64,000 bases of DNA from the NCBI GenBank assembly GCA_964485815.1, contig CAZAJX010000003.1, forward strand, positions 12,040 to 76,039, given 5' to 3'. Of the stretch, positions 41,978 to 53,755 are shown one piece after another. Position 1 is the stretch's first letter; every line of letters starts with the position of its first letter. The notes under the pieces were generated by a model, which was given only the letters and a program-made list of their open reading frames with translations, searched no databases and was not told the DNA's origin. Source of the DNA: an uncultured Oscillospiraceae bacterium (GTDB lineage: Bacteria; Bacillota; Clostridia; Oscillospirales; CAG-382). Position numbers and translations under genes: made by a program.

Positions 41978-42520
41978 CTAATTGAAATAAAAATTAGAAA
42001 TTATTTTATCAAAATCAGCGCTCACGCTTTCATAGTCGGTTTCGCTGGCGGTGAGGGTGATTATGTACGCAGAATAACCGCCTACAGCTACTACCTGAAC
42101 GAAATGATAGGTGCTTCCGTCTACCTTTGCGGTGTAGTGGTATTTACCCGCAGTGTTTCCGTCCACCTTTATCTCTTCGCTCTTTACAGCCTGGTATTCG
42201 TTAAGCTCTTCGGTAAGTCTTTCCTCGTAGGTCTTCCAGTAATCCTTGTAATTCTGGGCGTCGGTACCGTATTTGGTAACGGAAAGGCTGGCGTATGTGC
42301 TTACCATGGAAGAAGAGGAGGTGTCCTTAAGGAGGGACAGCATACCGTCGTTTCTGTCAACGCTCCATTCCAGAGGATAGCACATAGAAACCGCAAGTAT
42401 TTCGTTTTTAACGTATGTCATTCCTTCGGGCACGTTAACGTCAGGCGTTTCGCCGCTTCCGCAGGCGCAAAGAGAGAATATCATACAAGCCGCAATAAGG
42501 GCAAAAATTATCTTTTTCAT
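41978..42520 (-). CDS. Lipoprotein, unknown function
   Basis: MKKIIFALIAACMIFSLCACGS lipobox. The ORF-track start at 42574 is an upstream extension. Confidence 0.7.
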   Translation of the reverse strand: MKKIIFALIAACMIFSLCACGSGETPDVNVPEGMTYVKNEILAVSMCYPLEWSVDRNDGMLSLLKDTSSSSMVSTYASLSVTKYGTDAQNYKDYWKTYEERLTEELNEYQAVKSEEIKVDGNTAGKYHYTAKVDGSTYHFVQVVAVGGYSAYIITLTASETDYESVSADFDKIISNFYFN

Positions 42521-42723
42521 TTGTTCTTCCTCGCTTTCTCCCCGTATTATATACCACCCTTTCAAAAAAGGCAATAGACGGAATGTGAATTTTTTATGTT
42601 TTTAGGGGAAAAAGACACGTTTTTCCTCTCTTTTTTAAACGAATTCATCAAAAATACTTTATTTTTTCACCTTTTCGTGTTAGAATAAAATGATAAGTTA
42701 TTGCTTTTAAGGAGGCGGGGAAA

Positions 42724-44673
42724 ATGGATAAGTTCAAGCTGGTATCCCCCTTTGCGGCGACGGGTGACCAGCCCGAGGCGATACGCGCTCTTTGTGAGGG
42801 GCTGGACAAGGGTTATACCGACCAGACTCTGGTAGGCGTTACCGGTTCGGGAAAGACCTTTACCATGGCAAACGTTATTGCCGCGGCAAACCGTCCCACG
42901 CTGGTGCTTGCCCACAACAAGACTCTTGCAGCCCAGCTTTGCTCGGAATTCCGCGAATTCTTTCCCGAAAATGCGGTGGAATACTTCGTTTCCTATTACG
43001 ATTATTACCAGCCGGAAGCCTACGTTCCCGGCAAGGACATTTATATCGAAAAAGACGCTTCCATAAACTCGGAAATAGACAAGCTCCGCCATTCCGCCAC
43101 CACGGCGCTTATGGAAAGGCGCGATGTTATCGTGGTTTCTTCCGTTTCCTGCATATATTCTCTCGGCGATCCCGAGGAATACGGCAGAAACGTTATCTCC
43201 CTCCGTCCGGGAATGATATTCCCCCAGCGTGACCTTATAAAACGGCTGGTGTCCCTGCAGTTTTCCCGCTCCGATATCGGCTTTGACAGAAACAATTTCC
43301 GTGTGCGGGGCGACGTTATAGAGATATTCCCCCCCAATTCGGACAGATACGCATACCGCGTGGAATTGTTCGGGGACGAGATAGACCGCATCTCTCAGGT
43401 GGACACGGTTACGGGTGAGATAAACGCCCGCCTTTCCCACGCCGCCATATATCCCGCATCCCATTACGTTACCTCCGAGGAAAAGCGGGAAGCGGCAATA
43501 CACGAAATTTTAGAGGAATTGGACGAAAGAATAGAATATTTCGAAAAACAGCAAAAGTACGTGGAAGCACAGCGCATCCGCGAGCGTGTGCTGTTTGATG
43601 CGGAGCAAATACGGGAAATGGGCTTTTGCTCGGGTGTGGAAAACTATTCCCGTGTGCTGGCGGGCAGAAAGCCGGGCAGTACGCCTTATACCCTCCTTGA
43701 CTTTTTCCCCGCAGATTATCTGCTTTTAATTGACGAAAGCCACGTTACCGTGCCTCAGGTACGGGGAATGTCGGGCGGAGATTACGCCAGAAAGAAAAAT
43801 CTTATAGATTACGGCTTCCGTCTGCCCTCGGCGTTTGATAACCGCCCTCTTAATTTTAATGAATTTTTGGATAAAAAAGGGGCAACCCTTTACGTTTCCG
43901 CCACACCTGCCCCCTTTGAAAAGGAGCGTTCACAGCAGATCGCGGAGCAGATAATCCGCCCCACGGGACTTTTGGATCCCGAGGTGGAGGTGCGCCCCGT
44001 AAAAGGTCAGGTAGACGATCTGCTTACCGAAATACGCGCCCGCGCGGAAAAAGGGGAGCGTGTGCTGGTTACCACCTTAACCAAAAAAATGGCGGAGGAC
44101 CTTTCGGAATACCTTATCTCCGCCGACGTAAAGTGCCGTTATATGCACCACGATATCGACGCTATGGAGCGTATGGAGCTTATACGCGACCTGCGTAAGG
44201 GCGTTATCGATGTGCTGGTGGGAATAAACCTGCTCAGAGAGGGCTTGGACCTGCCCGAGGTTTCCCTTGTGGCTATTCTGGATGCGGACAAGGAAGGCTT
44301 TTTGCGCAGCGAAACAAGCCTTGTTCAGACAATCGGCAGAGCCGCCCGCCACGTAAACGGCAGGGTAATTATGTACGGGGACAAGATAACGGGCTCTATG
44401 GAAAGAGCCATAAACGAAACCAACCGCCGCCGTAAGATACAAAAGGAGTATAACGAAAAGCACGGTATCACTCCCAAGAGTATTGTAAAAGAGCTTCGTG
44501 ATCCTATCGCTATCACGGGCGCGCCCACCGAGCAGGCGGACCCCAAGAAGATGAGCGAAAGCCAAAAGAAGAAGCAAATAGAAGCGCTTACAAAGCAAAT
44601 GAAGGAAGCGGCAAAGGTGCTGGATTTCGAAACCGCCGCCGCTCTGCGTGACAGAATTAAACGTTTAATGTAA
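42724..44673 (+). CDS. uvrB: Excinuclease ABC subunit B
   Basis: [17 protein letters not shown], helicase motifs, the [14 protein letters not shown] beta-hairpin region, and a C-terminal UVR domain ([16 protein letters not shown]). Confidence 0.97.
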   Translation: MDKFKLVSPFAATGDQPEAIRALCEGLDKGYTDQTLVGVTGSGKTFTMANVIAAANRPTLVLAHNKTLAAQLCSEFREFFPENAVEYFVSYYDYYQPEAYVPGKDIYIEKDASINSEIDKLRHSATTALMERRDVIVVSSVSCIYSLGDPEEYGRNVISLRPGMIFPQRDLIKRLVSLQFSRSDIGFDRNNFRVRGDVIEIFPPNSDRYAYRVELFGDEIDRISQVDTVTGEINARLSHAAIYPASHYVTSEEKREAAIHEILEELDERIEYFEKQQKYVEAQRIRERVLFDAEQIREMGFCSGVENYSRVLAGRKPGSTPYTLLDFFPADYLLLIDESHVTVPQVRGMSGGDYARKKNLIDYGFRLPSAFDNRPLNFNEFLDKKGATLYVSATPAPFEKERSQQIAEQIIRPTGLLDPEVEVRPVKGQVDDLLTEIRARAEKGERVLVTTLTKKMAEDLSEYLISADVKCRYMHHDIDAMERMELIRDLRKGVIDVLVGINLLREGLDLPEVSLVAILDADKEGFLRSETSLVQTIGRAARHVNGRVIMYGDKITGSMERAINETNRRRKIQKEYNEKHGITPKSIVKELRDPIAITGAPTEQADPKKMSESQKKKQIEALTKQMKEAAKVLDFETAAALRDRIKRLM

Positions 44674-44683
44674 GGAAAAATAT

Positions 44684-47479
44684 ATGGAAACAGAAATTAA
44701 GGTAAAAGGCGCACGAACACACAATTTAAAGGATATTTCCGTTACCGTTCCCCGCAATAAGCTTACCGTTTTTACGGGGCTTTCCGGTTCGGGTAAATCC
44801 TCCCTCGCCTTCGATACCATTTATGCGGAGGGACACAGACGGTTCGTGGAATCTCTGTCCTCTTATGCAAGACAGTTTTTAGGTCAGCTTGATAAGCCGG
44901 ACGTGGATTTTATCGAAGGTCTTTCGCCTGCTATAGCTATCGACCAAAAGACCACCTCCAAAAACCCCCGCTCCACCGTGGGCACGGTTACAGAAATATA
45001 CGATTACATCCGTCTTATGTACGCCCGTATCGGTGTGCCTCATTGCCCCGTGTGCGGAATTCCCATAAAACAGCAGAGTATAGACGAGATCGTTTCCCGT
45101 GTGCTCACTATGGAGGACGGCACCCGTTTTATGGTGCTTTCTCCCGTGGTTTCGGGAAAAAAGGGTATGCACGAAAAGGTGCTTGACGATGCCCGCAGAG
45201 GGGGCTTTGTCCGCGCATACGTGGACGGGGAGTTGTACGATCTTTCCGAAGTGCCTGCACTCGATAAAAATTTGAAGCACGATATAGATATAGTTGTTGA
45301 CCGTCTTGTTATGCGGGCGGACGGTATTGCCTCCCGCCTTACGGACAGTATCGAAACCGCCGCGGGACTTTCAAACGGTATTATAAAGATAATGCTGGCA
45401 GACACAGGGGAGGTTTTGCGCTTTTCCCAGAATTACGCCTGCCCCGAGCACGGTATTTCTCTCGGAGAATTGGAGCCAAGGCTGTTTTCCTTTAACAGCC
45501 CCGTAGGCGCTTGCGAGGACTGCTCGGGTATCGGGATGAACTACGTGGTTTCTCCCGACAGACTTATTCCCGATAAATCTCTCTCCCTTTTTTCGGGTGC
45601 GGTAATATGCAACGGATTCAAGACCTTTGATCCGGGCAGCTATACCTACGAGCTGTTCAATTCCGTGGGCAAGCATTACGGTTGGGACGTTCATACGCCC
45701 ATTCAGGATATGACCGAGGACGGCTTGCACGTGCTTTTGTACGGCAACAAATATGCCCGCAGAAGCTACAGTATACCCAAGTTCGAGGGTATTGTTAATA
45801 TGGTAAAGCGGAGATACGATTCCAACACATCTCCCGAATCCCGCGAATATTACGAAGCGTTTATGGATAACGTGCCCTGCCCCTCCTGCGAGGGAAGAAG
45901 ACTCCGTCCCGAAGCGCTGGCGGTTACCGTGGGAAATAAAAATATCCACGAGCTGTGCGAAATGTCCGTGTCCAAGCTCCGTGAATTCTTTAAAAATCTT
46001 GTCCTTACCGAAACCGAAAAAGCGGTTGCCAAGGAGATTTTAAAGGAAATAAACTCCCGCTTGGGCTTTCTTGAAAACGTGGGGCTTGAGTATCTCACTC
46101 TTTCCCGCGCCGCAGGCAGTCTTTCGGGCGGTGAAGCCCAGAGAATACGCCTTGCCACTCAGGTAGGAAGCGCGCTGGTAGGAGTTATGTACGTGCTTGA
46201 CGAGCCCAGTATAGGACTTCATCAGCGTGATAATATCAAGCTTATCAACACCCTTAAATCCCTGCGGGATCTGGGCAATACCGTGCTTGTGGTAGAGCAC
46301 GATGAGGAAACTATGATGAGCGCAGACCATATCGTGGATATCGGTCCGTACGCAGGCGTAAGGGGCGGGGAAGTACTGTTTTCAGGCACGCCCGAGGAAT
46401 TGTTAAAAGCGGAAGATTCCATTACCGCCGAATACCTTTCGGGCAGAAGAAAAATTCCCGTACCCTCCACCCGCCGCGGCGGAAACGGGCTGTATCTCAC
46501 CGTTAAGGGCGCAACTCAGAACAACCTTAAGAATATAGACGTGGATTTCCCCTTGGGCAAGCTTATTTGCGTAACGGGAGTTTCGGGAAGCGGTAAATCC
46601 TCTCTGGTAAATTCCGTGTTGTGCGAGGGCGCCGCCCGCGCTCTGGGCAGATTAAGCGCCCATCCCGGCAAATGTGCGGGCATTGAGGGGCTTGAGAATA
46701 TAGACAAGGTCATTCAGATCGACCAATCCCCCATAGGACGCACTCCCCGTTCCAACCCCGCCACCTATACGGGTATGTTTACGGATATCCGTTCTTTGTA
46801 CGCCTCCACTCCCGATGCAAAGGCGAGAGGCTATAAGGAAGGCAGATTTTCCTTTAATATAAAGGGCGGCAGATGCGAAGCCTGCGAGGGCGACGGAACC
46901 ATAAAAATAGAAATGCATTTTCTTCCCGACGTATACGTTAAATGCGATGTGTGCAAGGGCAGACGCTACAACAGAGAAACCCTTGAGGTAAAATACAAGG
47001 GCAAAAATATTTATGACGTTCTGGAAATGACGGTTGACGAGGGTATGGAGTTTTTTGCAAACTACCAGTCCATCTACCGCCGTCTTAAGACTCTTTCCGA
47101 GGTAGGCTTGGGATATATCAAGATCGGTCAGTCCTCCACCACTCTTTCGGGCGGCGAAGCCCAAAGAGTAAAGCTGGCTACCGAGCTTGCCCGCCGCAGT
47201 ACGGGAAAGACTCTGTATATACTTGATGAGCCCACCACGGGACTCCACAGCTATGATGTGGACAAGCTTAACGACGTGCTTCACCGTCTGGTCGATGCGG
47301 GCAACACCGTAGTGGTTATCGAGCACAATCTCGATCTTATCAAAACCGCAGACCATATTATAGATTTAGGTCCCGAAGGAGGCGACGGCGGCGGAACTAT
47401 CGTTGCCACAGGCACTCCCGAGGAGATAGCGGCTTGCGAAAACAGCTATACGGGACAGTTCTTAAGAAAGGTGCTTTGA
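44684..47479 (+). CDS. uvrA: Excinuclease ABC subunit A
   Basis: Two ABC modules ([20 protein letters not shown]; LSGGEAQR x2) and zinc-finger Cys clusters. 931 aa. Confidence 0.97.
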   Translation: METEIKVKGARTHNLKDISVTVPRNKLTVFTGLSGSGKSSLAFDTIYAEGHRRFVESLSSYARQFLGQLDKPDVDFIEGLSPAIAIDQKTTSKNPRSTVGTVTEIYDYIRLMYARIGVPHCPVCGIPIKQQSIDEIVSRVLTMEDGTRFMVLSPVVSGKKGMHEKVLDDARRGGFVRAYVDGELYDLSEVPALDKNLKHDIDIVVDRLVMRADGIASRLTDSIETAAGLSNGIIKIMLADTGEVLRFSQNYACPEHGISLGELEPRLFSFNSPVGACEDCSGIGMNYVVSPDRLIPDKSLSLFSGAVICNGFKTFDPGSYTYELFNSVGKHYGWDVHTPIQDMTEDGLHVLLYGNKYARRSYSIPKFEGIVNMVKRRYDSNTSPESREYYEAFMDNVPCPSCEGRRLRPEALAVTVGNKNIHELCEMSVSKLREFFKNLVLTETEKAVAKEILKEINSRLGFLENVGLEYLTLSRAAGSLSGGEAQRIRLATQVGSALVGVMYVLDEPSIGLHQRDNIKLINTLKSLRDLGNTVLVVEHDEETMMSADHIVDIGPYAGVRGGEVLFSGTPEELLKAEDSITAEYLSGRRKIPVPSTRRGGNGLYLTVKGATQNNLKNIDVDFPLGKLICVTGVSGSGKSSLVNSVLCEGAARALGRLSAHPGKCAGIEGLENIDKVIQIDQSPIGRTPRSNPATYTGMFTDIRSLYASTPDAKARGYKEGRFSFNIKGGRCEACEGDGTIKIEMHFLPDVYVKCDVCKGRRYNRETLEVKYKGKNIYDVLEMTVDEGMEFFANYQSIYRRLKTLSEVGLGYIKIGQSSTTLSGGEAQRVKLATELARRSTGKTLYILDEPTTGLHSYDVDKLNDVLHRLVDAGNTVVVIEHNLDLIKTADHIIDLGPEGGDGGGTIVATGTPEEIAACENSYTGQFLRKVL

Positions 47480-47481
47480 AT

Positions 47482-48582
47482 ATGAAAAAGCTTATAATAC
47501 TTCTCTTGGCTTTGTGCCTTCTTCTCGCTTCCTGCGAAAGCGAGGGAGGCGTATCCGTGCCGGATGTTTCCGTGGAAAACGAGAGCAGCGAAGTTTCCGA
47601 TACTTCCGTTCCCGAAGAAAGCGAAATAAGCGAAGAGAGCGTGTATATCCCCGTAAATCTGTTTGAAAAAACGGATGCGGTAAAGGAAGGAAGACTGGAA
47701 TACGATTTTGATTCTTCCGCGGCGGATTTTGAATTCCAAAACCTTAAAACCTTTATGGAAACCCTTTACAGCACGGGCAACAAGTTTGCTTTCCCTACAG
47801 ACGAAAAGTATATGCTTGAGGGCTACACCGGCAACGCTTCGGATAATTTTGCTTTCGTATATATAGATCTGGAAACGGGCTGTCAAATGGCGTATAACAC
47901 CACTACCATTTACCAGACCTGCTCGGTAATAAAGCCCTCCCTTGCCGTATTTATACTCAAAAGCGGCGCTGATCTTACGGAAGAGATCGCCATAACCAAA
48001 TATTACGGCGGTTCGGGCGTGCTTAAAAGCGGCGACGTGGGTAAATCCTTTACCGCAGAGCATCTTATGGAAATAATGATCACCGAATCGGATAACACCG
48101 CATACGTGCATCTGCTCAAAAAGTACGGTCAGCAGGCATTTTCGGATTACCTTGCGTCTATCGGCAATAAAAACACCAACGTAGGCGCGCCCACCTGGTA
48201 TAAATTCGGTCTTATCTCCGCTCCCGACCTTGCAGTTATGATGCAGGATGTCTATGAATATTCCACACAGGACGAAAAAGGCGTGTGGGTGCTTGAGCTT
48301 ATGCAAAGAACCACATATAACGAGCTTATCACCTCTGTAGAGGGCGGTATTCCCGTGGGCCACAAGTACGGAGAGGATAACGGTATCGAGCCTTCTCTCC
48401 ACGATGGCGCGGTGTATCTGGGCGAGCATCCTTACGTGCTTGTAATATTGAGCAAGAGCGACGTAAGCAAGACCGAATCCTATGATAAATTCAAGGCGAT
48501 CACCATTCTTGTAAACGAATTCCACGCCGCAATGCACGGCGGCGCCGATATATTTACCCCCGAAAGCGAGGTAACCCAATAA
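47482..48582 (+). CDS. Class-A beta-lactamase-like serine hydrolase lipoprotein
   Basis: Lipobox LLASCES. SxxK (SVIK), SDN (ESDNTA) and a KTG-like HKYG. ATG lies 3 nt after the uvrA stop. Confidence 0.65.
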   Translation: MKKLIILLLALCLLLASCESEGGVSVPDVSVENESSEVSDTSVPEESEISEESVYIPVNLFEKTDAVKEGRLEYDFDSSAADFEFQNLKTFMETLYSTGNKFAFPTDEKYMLEGYTGNASDNFAFVYIDLETGCQMAYNTTTIYQTCSVIKPSLAVFILKSGADLTEEIAITKYYGGSGVLKSGDVGKSFTAEHLMEIMITESDNTAYVHLLKKYGQQAFSDYLASIGNKNTNVGAPTWYKFGLISAPDLAVMMQDVYEYSTQDEKGVWVLELMQRTTYNELITSVEGGIPVGHKYGEDNGIEPSLHDGAVYLGEHPYVLVILSKSDVSKTESYDKFKAITILVNEFHAAMHGGADIFTPESEVTQ

Positions 48583-48584
48583 CT

Positions 48585-50423
48585 ATGAATACAGACAGAT
48601 ATTCCCACCTGCTTTCCCGCGTGGAAAAGCCGGGCAGATACACGGGCAACGAATACGGCGAAACACGGAAAAACCTCGATGAAGTGGATACCCGTATGTG
48701 CTTTTGCTTTCCCGATACTTACGAGATAGGTATGTCCAATCTGGGCATGAAGATACTTATGGGCTGTGTAAACCGTCTTGACGGTGTGTGGTGCGAAAAA
48801 GCCTTCGCTCCCTGGGTGGATATGGAAGAGTTTATGCGCCAAACGGGCACGAAGCTGTTTTCCCTTGAAACGGGAGACCCTCTGGATAAGTTCGATATAG
48901 TTGCTTTTACTCTGCAGTATGAGCTTTGCTATACCAATATGGTAAACATGCTCTCTCTGGCGGATATCCCCCTTTACGCCAAGGACAGAGGGGAAGAATA
49001 TCCCCTTATAATCGCGGGCGGTCCCTGCACCTATAACCCCGAGCCCGTGGCGGATTTTGTGGATGTTTTCTCTATCGGCGAAGGGGAAGAGGCTATTCCC
49101 GAGCTGGTGGAGCTTTACAGAAAATGCAAAAGAGAGGGCAAGACGAAAAAAGAGTTTTTGTTCCTTGCCGCCACCACCCTTGAGGGATTTTACGTTCCTT
49201 CTCTTTACGATGTGGAGTATAACTCCGACGGCACCATACGCTCCTTTATGCCTCGTGACGGCGTGCCCGCAAAGATCACAAAGAGAATAATAAAAGATCT
49301 GGATAAGGTATATTACCCCGTGAATTCGGAGATACCTTATATCGAAACCGTCCACGACCGTATCGTTATGGAAATATTCCGCGGCTGTATAAGAGGATGC
49401 AGATTTTGTCAGGCGGGTATGGTCTACAGACCTTACCGCGAAAAAACCCCCGACGTTATCAACGCCTGCGCCAAGGAATGCTTTGAAAACACGGGATATT
49501 CGGAAATGTCCCTTTCCTGCCTGTCCGTTTCGGACTATACCCGCCTGCCCGAGCTTATAGACAAGCTCCTTTTATGGACGGATGAAAAAAAGGTTTCTCT
49601 TTCCCTCCCCTCCCAGCGTATAGACGCGTTTTATGAGGAATTGATGGAAAAAGTAATGAGCGTCCGCAAAAGCGGTATGACCTTCGCACCCGAGGCGGGC
49701 ACTCAAAGACTTCGTGACGTTATAAACAAAAACATTACGGAGGAAGAAATACTCTCCGCCTGCCGCAAAGCCTTTGACGGCGGCAGAAACTCTCTTAAGC
49801 TGTACTTTATGAACGGTCTTCCCACCGAAACCGACGAGGATATCGTGGGTATCGCTAACCTTTCCCAGAGCATTGTGGACGAATTTTATTCCGTAAAGCG
49901 TCCCGGCAGAAAGGTGGAGGTGGGTATATCCGTTTCCTGCTTCGTGCCCAAGCCCTTTACCCCTTTCCAGTGGGAAAAGCAGGATACTATGGAGGAATTG
50001 CGCAGAAAGCAAATGCTCCTTCGTGATAACATAAAGACCCGTAAAATAAGATATTCCTGGCACGAATCCAAGGTTTCCCACGTGGAAGCCATATTTGCCA
50101 AGGGCAACAGAAAGCTTTCTGGCGCCCTCGTTGAAGCAAACAAGCGGGGACAGCGCTTTGACGGCTGGGACGAATGCTTTGATTTCGAAAAATGGATGGA
50201 TATTTTTTCTTCCGTAGGGTTAGACCCCGCCTTTTACGCCAACAGACAAATGTCCTATGATGAAATTTTGCCTTGGGATCATATCGATTGCGGCGTAACC
50301 AAGGAATTTTTGATACGTGAAAGCGAAAAAGCACGCGGCGGCGTTACCACGCCCGATTGCCGCACTCAATGCTCCGCCTGCGGTGCAAATAAACTGGGAG
50401 GTGAGAGAAAATGCTGTCGGTAA
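48585..50423 (+). CDS. Radical SAM protein, TIGR03960-like (B12-binding-like N-terminal domain)
   Basis: CIRGCRFCQAG CxxxCxxC cluster motif. 612 aa. Paired with a DUF2344-type gene. Confidence 0.85.
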   Translation: MNTDRYSHLLSRVEKPGRYTGNEYGETRKNLDEVDTRMCFCFPDTYEIGMSNLGMKILMGCVNRLDGVWCEKAFAPWVDMEEFMRQTGTKLFSLETGDPLDKFDIVAFTLQYELCYTNMVNMLSLADIPLYAKDRGEEYPLIIAGGPCTYNPEPVADFVDVFSIGEGEEAIPELVELYRKCKREGKTKKEFLFLAATTLEGFYVPSLYDVEYNSDGTIRSFMPRDGVPAKITKRIIKDLDKVYYPVNSEIPYIETVHDRIVMEIFRGCIRGCRFCQAGMVYRPYREKTPDVINACAKECFENTGYSEMSLSCLSVSDYTRLPELIDKLLLWTDEKKVSLSLPSQRIDAFYEELMEKVMSVRKSGMTFAPEAGTQRLRDVINKNITEEEILSACRKAFDGGRNSLKLYFMNGLPTETDEDIVGIANLSQSIVDEFYSVKRPGRKVEVGISVSCFVPKPFTPFQWEKQDTMEELRRKQMLLRDNIKTRKIRYSWHESKVSHVEAIFAKGNRKLSGALVEANKRGQRFDGWDECFDFEKWMDIFSSVGLDPAFYANRQMSYDEILPWDHIDCGVTKEFLIRESEKARGGVTTPDCRTQCSACGANKLGGERKCCR

Positions 50424-51031
50424 GAATGTTCTTTTCCAAAAAAGGCACGGTGCGATATATTTCACATCTTGATATTTCCCGCGCCATTTCCCGCGCTCTG
50501 GTAAGAAGCGGATTGGATATAGTGTATACCGAGGGATATAACCCCCACGTGCGTCTTGTGTTTATACAGCCCCTTTCCATTTTTCAGGAAAGCGTCTACG
50601 AGGCGGCTGATTTCCGCATACATAACGAGGATATTTCCTTTGAAGATATCACCGCGGCGATAAACCGCGCCCTTCCCGCAGGACTTGAGGTGCTGTATAC
50701 CGCTTCCCCCGTTATGGATATTTCGGAGTGCGCCTACGCCACATATTCCATAAAGCTGGATACGGATATGTCCGATGACGAAGTGCGTGATGAACTTTCC
50801 GGCGAAATGGTTATAAACAAAAAGACCAAAAGCGGATATAAGGACGTGGATATTTCCGAATTCGTAAAGAGCGTGTCCGTAAAAGACGGAACCGTGGAAA
50901 TGACGGTATGCGCCGCCTGCAACCGCTGTCTTAATCCCGCTCTTGCTATCGGTTATCTGGGGGACAAAGTGCGCTCCCATCTTATTACCAGAACCGGTCT
51001 TTACAATGAAAAAATGGAGAAATTCGTTTAA
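50411..51031 (+). CDS. TIGR03936/DUF2344-family radical-SAM-associated protein
   Basis: FSKKGTVRYISHLDISRAISRALVRSGLDIVYTEGYNPH is the family N-terminal signature. 13-nt overlap with the radical SAM gene. Confidence 0.75.
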   Translation: MLSVRMFFSKKGTVRYISHLDISRAISRALVRSGLDIVYTEGYNPHVRLVFIQPLSIFQESVYEAADFRIHNEDISFEDITAAINRALPAGLEVLYTASPVMDISECAYATYSIKLDTDMSDDEVRDELSGEMVINKKTKSGYKDVDISEFVKSVSVKDGTVEMTVCAACNRCLNPALAIGYLGDKVRSHLITRTGLYNEKMEKFV

Positions 51032-51104
51032 AAGGTTGATTATATTCAAGTATTCTGCTATAATTAACTGATTAAGTATATATTTCTCTTTTCCCCTTAG
51101 TTTT

Positions 51105-52463
51105 TTGGAGTTGATTTATTTGAAAAAGCTTTTAGTTTTAATTTTAATATGTCTTGTCTGCCTTTGCTCCTGTGTCAACACGCCGGAGGATACGTCCGAT
51201 ATTTCGGATACCTCTTCGGCGGAGGAAAACGTTTCCGATACCGCTTCCGATGAGGATTATTCCCCCGTGGGAATGGAGGAGCTTGTTTCCCGTGCGCAGC
51301 AGCTTGTAAATGACGATATAGTTCTTATGGGCATTTTTGCGGGAGGAGCGCTGGCAGACGGCAGCGAGAAAAACGCATATACTCCCGCCCGCGGCGATTA
51401 CGAGTATTATGAGGTGCTTTCCGTTATGGCGGACAATACTTATTCTTCCGCCGACGTAAAGGAAAGAATGCTGTCTTATCCCGATTACGGACCGGATTCG
51501 GTTATAAACAACGAGGGCAAGACAGAATATAATTACACCTATATAAACGATTTCGCCAAGTCGGCAAAAAACGCAACGGTTTCCGTTACCTCCTTTGATG
51601 ATACCGAGGCGGTAATATCCGTAAAAATTTCGGGCAAAACGCTGGAATTGGGGCTGGAAAACGTTGACGGCAAATGGAAGCTTAAAAACAGTCTGTATTT
51701 CGCATATCTCCAGAGCGAAATAGATTCACAGCTTTCTACCGGCTGGTCGGAGAGTATATATCTGGGCACACGGCAGAACGCGGGAAGTATGCCCAAGCTT
51801 ACGGGAAAAATACTCATTTTGAACGTTTTTCTTAACGATACCTTTACCTCCTGGACGGAAGCCAACCGCAAAACCGTGGAGGAAAATATAGACCGTGCCT
51901 GCGAGTGGATAGTAAACAAAAGCCGCGGCTTTGCTTCGGCAAACCTTGCCATAGACACTCAATCCCTGTTTTACGTTCACAGCCATACCGTGCCTCAGAA
52001 TTACGAAATGGCGTTTCTGGATATTATGTTTCAGGATACCGTGTACGTCGATGTTAACGGGTATATAGAGAAAAACACCCCGAGCGGATACGACGGAGTG
52101 TGCGTTTTGTTCCACGTGTGGAAAAACGGCGATGATTACTGCATCCCCTGCGATAAGGAAAACACAGATTACCTCACCTATTACGGCGAGCGGGCTATGT
52201 TCTATTATTCCAAAAACGCGGGACACGAGCCCTCCAGCTACGTATATATGCTGCTTCAGCTTTGCGGAGGAGAATTGCTTTACGGCAGAGAAGACACTGC
52301 AGATATACAAAAGCTGTTTCCCGACGATATACTGCTGAGCAAAAAATACTTATCCCTTCCTTTGCAGGATTATTCGGTAAGCCCGCTCACCGCATTTATG
52401 CTGGGCTGGAACGAATATATTGATATACAGCTAATTCAGTTTACAGATACACAGGGGGAATAA
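51105..52463 (+). CDS. Lipoprotein, unknown function
   Basis: LICLVCLCSCVN lipobox, with a TTG start at 51105 or 51120. No family recognised. Confidence 0.6.
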   Translation: MELIYLKKLLVLILICLVCLCSCVNTPEDTSDISDTSSAEENVSDTASDEDYSPVGMEELVSRAQQLVNDDIVLMGIFAGGALADGSEKNAYTPARGDYEYYEVLSVMADNTYSSADVKERMLSYPDYGPDSVINNEGKTEYNYTYINDFAKSAKNATVSVTSFDDTEAVISVKISGKTLELGLENVDGKWKLKNSLYFAYLQSEIDSQLSTGWSESIYLGTRQNAGSMPKLTGKILILNVFLNDTFTSWTEANRKTVEENIDRACEWIVNKSRGFASANLAIDTQSLFYVHSHTVPQNYEMAFLDIMFQDTVYVDVNGYIEKNTPSGYDGVCVLFHVWKNGDDYCIPCDKENTDYLTYYGERAMFYYSKNAGHEPSSYVYMLLQLCGGELLYGREDTADIQKLFPDDILLSKKYLSLPLQDYSVSPLTAFMLGWNEYIDIQLIQFTDTQGE

Positions 52464-52468
52464 AGGCA

Positions 52469-53173
52469 ATGAAGTACAAACGCATTTTATTAAAGCTTTC
52501 CGGCGAGGCACTCTCCGGTAAGGACAATATTCTGGATCCCGTATTTTTAAAGGAAACGGGCGAGAATATTAAAAAATGTATGGACGAGGGTATGCAGATA
52601 GCCATTGTCTGCGGCGCGGGAAATATCTGGCGCGGCGGCAGACAGCACGGACATAATATCGACAGAGTCCGCGGCGACCATATGGGTATGATGGGTACTA
52701 TGATAAACGCTCTCGCCATTCAGGATGCCATAATCAAAGCAGGTGCGCCCTGCGTGGTTATGAGCGCCGTTCCCATGACACAGATATGCGAGGTATATTC
52801 CCAGTACAAGGCGATCGAGCATCTGGAAAACGGCAAGGCGGTAGTGCTTGCCTGCGGAACGGGATATCCCTTCTTTACCACGGATACGGGCGCTTTGCTC
52901 CGCGCGGCGGAGATCAAGGCGGATGTGGCTATGTTTGCAAAGAATATAGACGGTATCTACGATAAAGACCCCGCAAAACATCCCGATGCGGTTAAGTATG
53001 ACCGTATCACCTATGCGGAGATGCTGGAGAAGGATCTCCACGCAATAGATACTGCCGCAGGCGCGCTGGGCAGAGAAAATGACCTTAAGGTACTTATGTT
53101 CAGGCTGGATAAGCCGGACAACATATACACCGCGGCTATGGACGAAACCGTGGGAACAATTCTTGAAAATTAA
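52469..53173 (+). CDS. pyrH: UMP kinase
   Basis: YKRILLKLSGEAL, VCGAGNIWRG, TTDTGALLRAAEI. Confidence 0.95.
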   Translation: MKYKRILLKLSGEALSGKDNILDPVFLKETGENIKKCMDEGMQIAIVCGAGNIWRGGRQHGHNIDRVRGDHMGMMGTMINALAIQDAIIKAGAPCVVMSAVPMTQICEVYSQYKAIEHLENGKAVVLACGTGYPFFTTDTGALLRAAEIKADVAMFAKNIDGIYDKDPAKHPDAVKYDRITYAEMLEKDLHAIDTAAGALGRENDLKVLMFRLDKPDNIYTAAMDETVGTILEN

Positions 53174-53198
53174 AAAAACATAAACGGAGGAAACAAAA

Positions 53199-53753
53199 AT
53201 GAAGCTTGACCTTAAACCCTATGAAGAGAAAATGAAAAAGAGTATCGCCATTCTGGAAGACGAATTCGGCGGTATCCGTGTCGGCAAGGCTTCCGCCAAG
53301 CTCCTTGATAAGATAAGAGTGGATTATTACGGCTCTCCCACGTCTATCGATGGCGTTGCTACCGTAAAAGCTCCCGATCCCCGTACGCTGGTTATCACTC
53401 CTTGGGAAGTAAATATGCTTAAGCCTATCGAAAAGGCAGTGCAGGCTTCCGATCTGGGCATCACTCCCCAGAATGACGGTAAGTGCATCCGCCTTGCGTT
53501 CCCTTCTCTCAACGAGGAGCGCAGAAAAGAACTGGTTAAGCAGGTTACCAAGATGGGCGAAGAGGGCAAGGTTGCTCTCCGTAACATCCGCAGAGATGCT
53601 AATGACGCTTGCAAGACTATGAAGAAGAACGGCGAAATGACCGAGGACGAACAGAAGTCCTCCGAAAAGAGCGTTCAGGATCTTACCGATAAGTACATCA
53701 AGGAAGTTGATGCTGTGGTAAGCAAAAAAGAAAAGGAAATAATGGAACTTTAA
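53199..53753 (+). CDS. frr: Ribosome recycling factor
   Basis: MKKSI..LEDEFGGIRVGKAS..LLD.I.VDYYG, and LNEERRKELVKQV. 184 aa. Confidence 0.95.
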   Translation: MKLDLKPYEEKMKKSIAILEDEFGGIRVGKASAKLLDKIRVDYYGSPTSIDGVATVKAPDPRTLVITPWEVNMLKPIEKAVQASDLGITPQNDGKCIRLAFPSLNEERRKELVKQVTKMGEEGKVALRNIRRDANDACKTMKKNGEMTEDEQKSSEKSVQDLTDKYIKEVDAVVSKKEKEIMEL

Positions 53754-53755
53754 TT

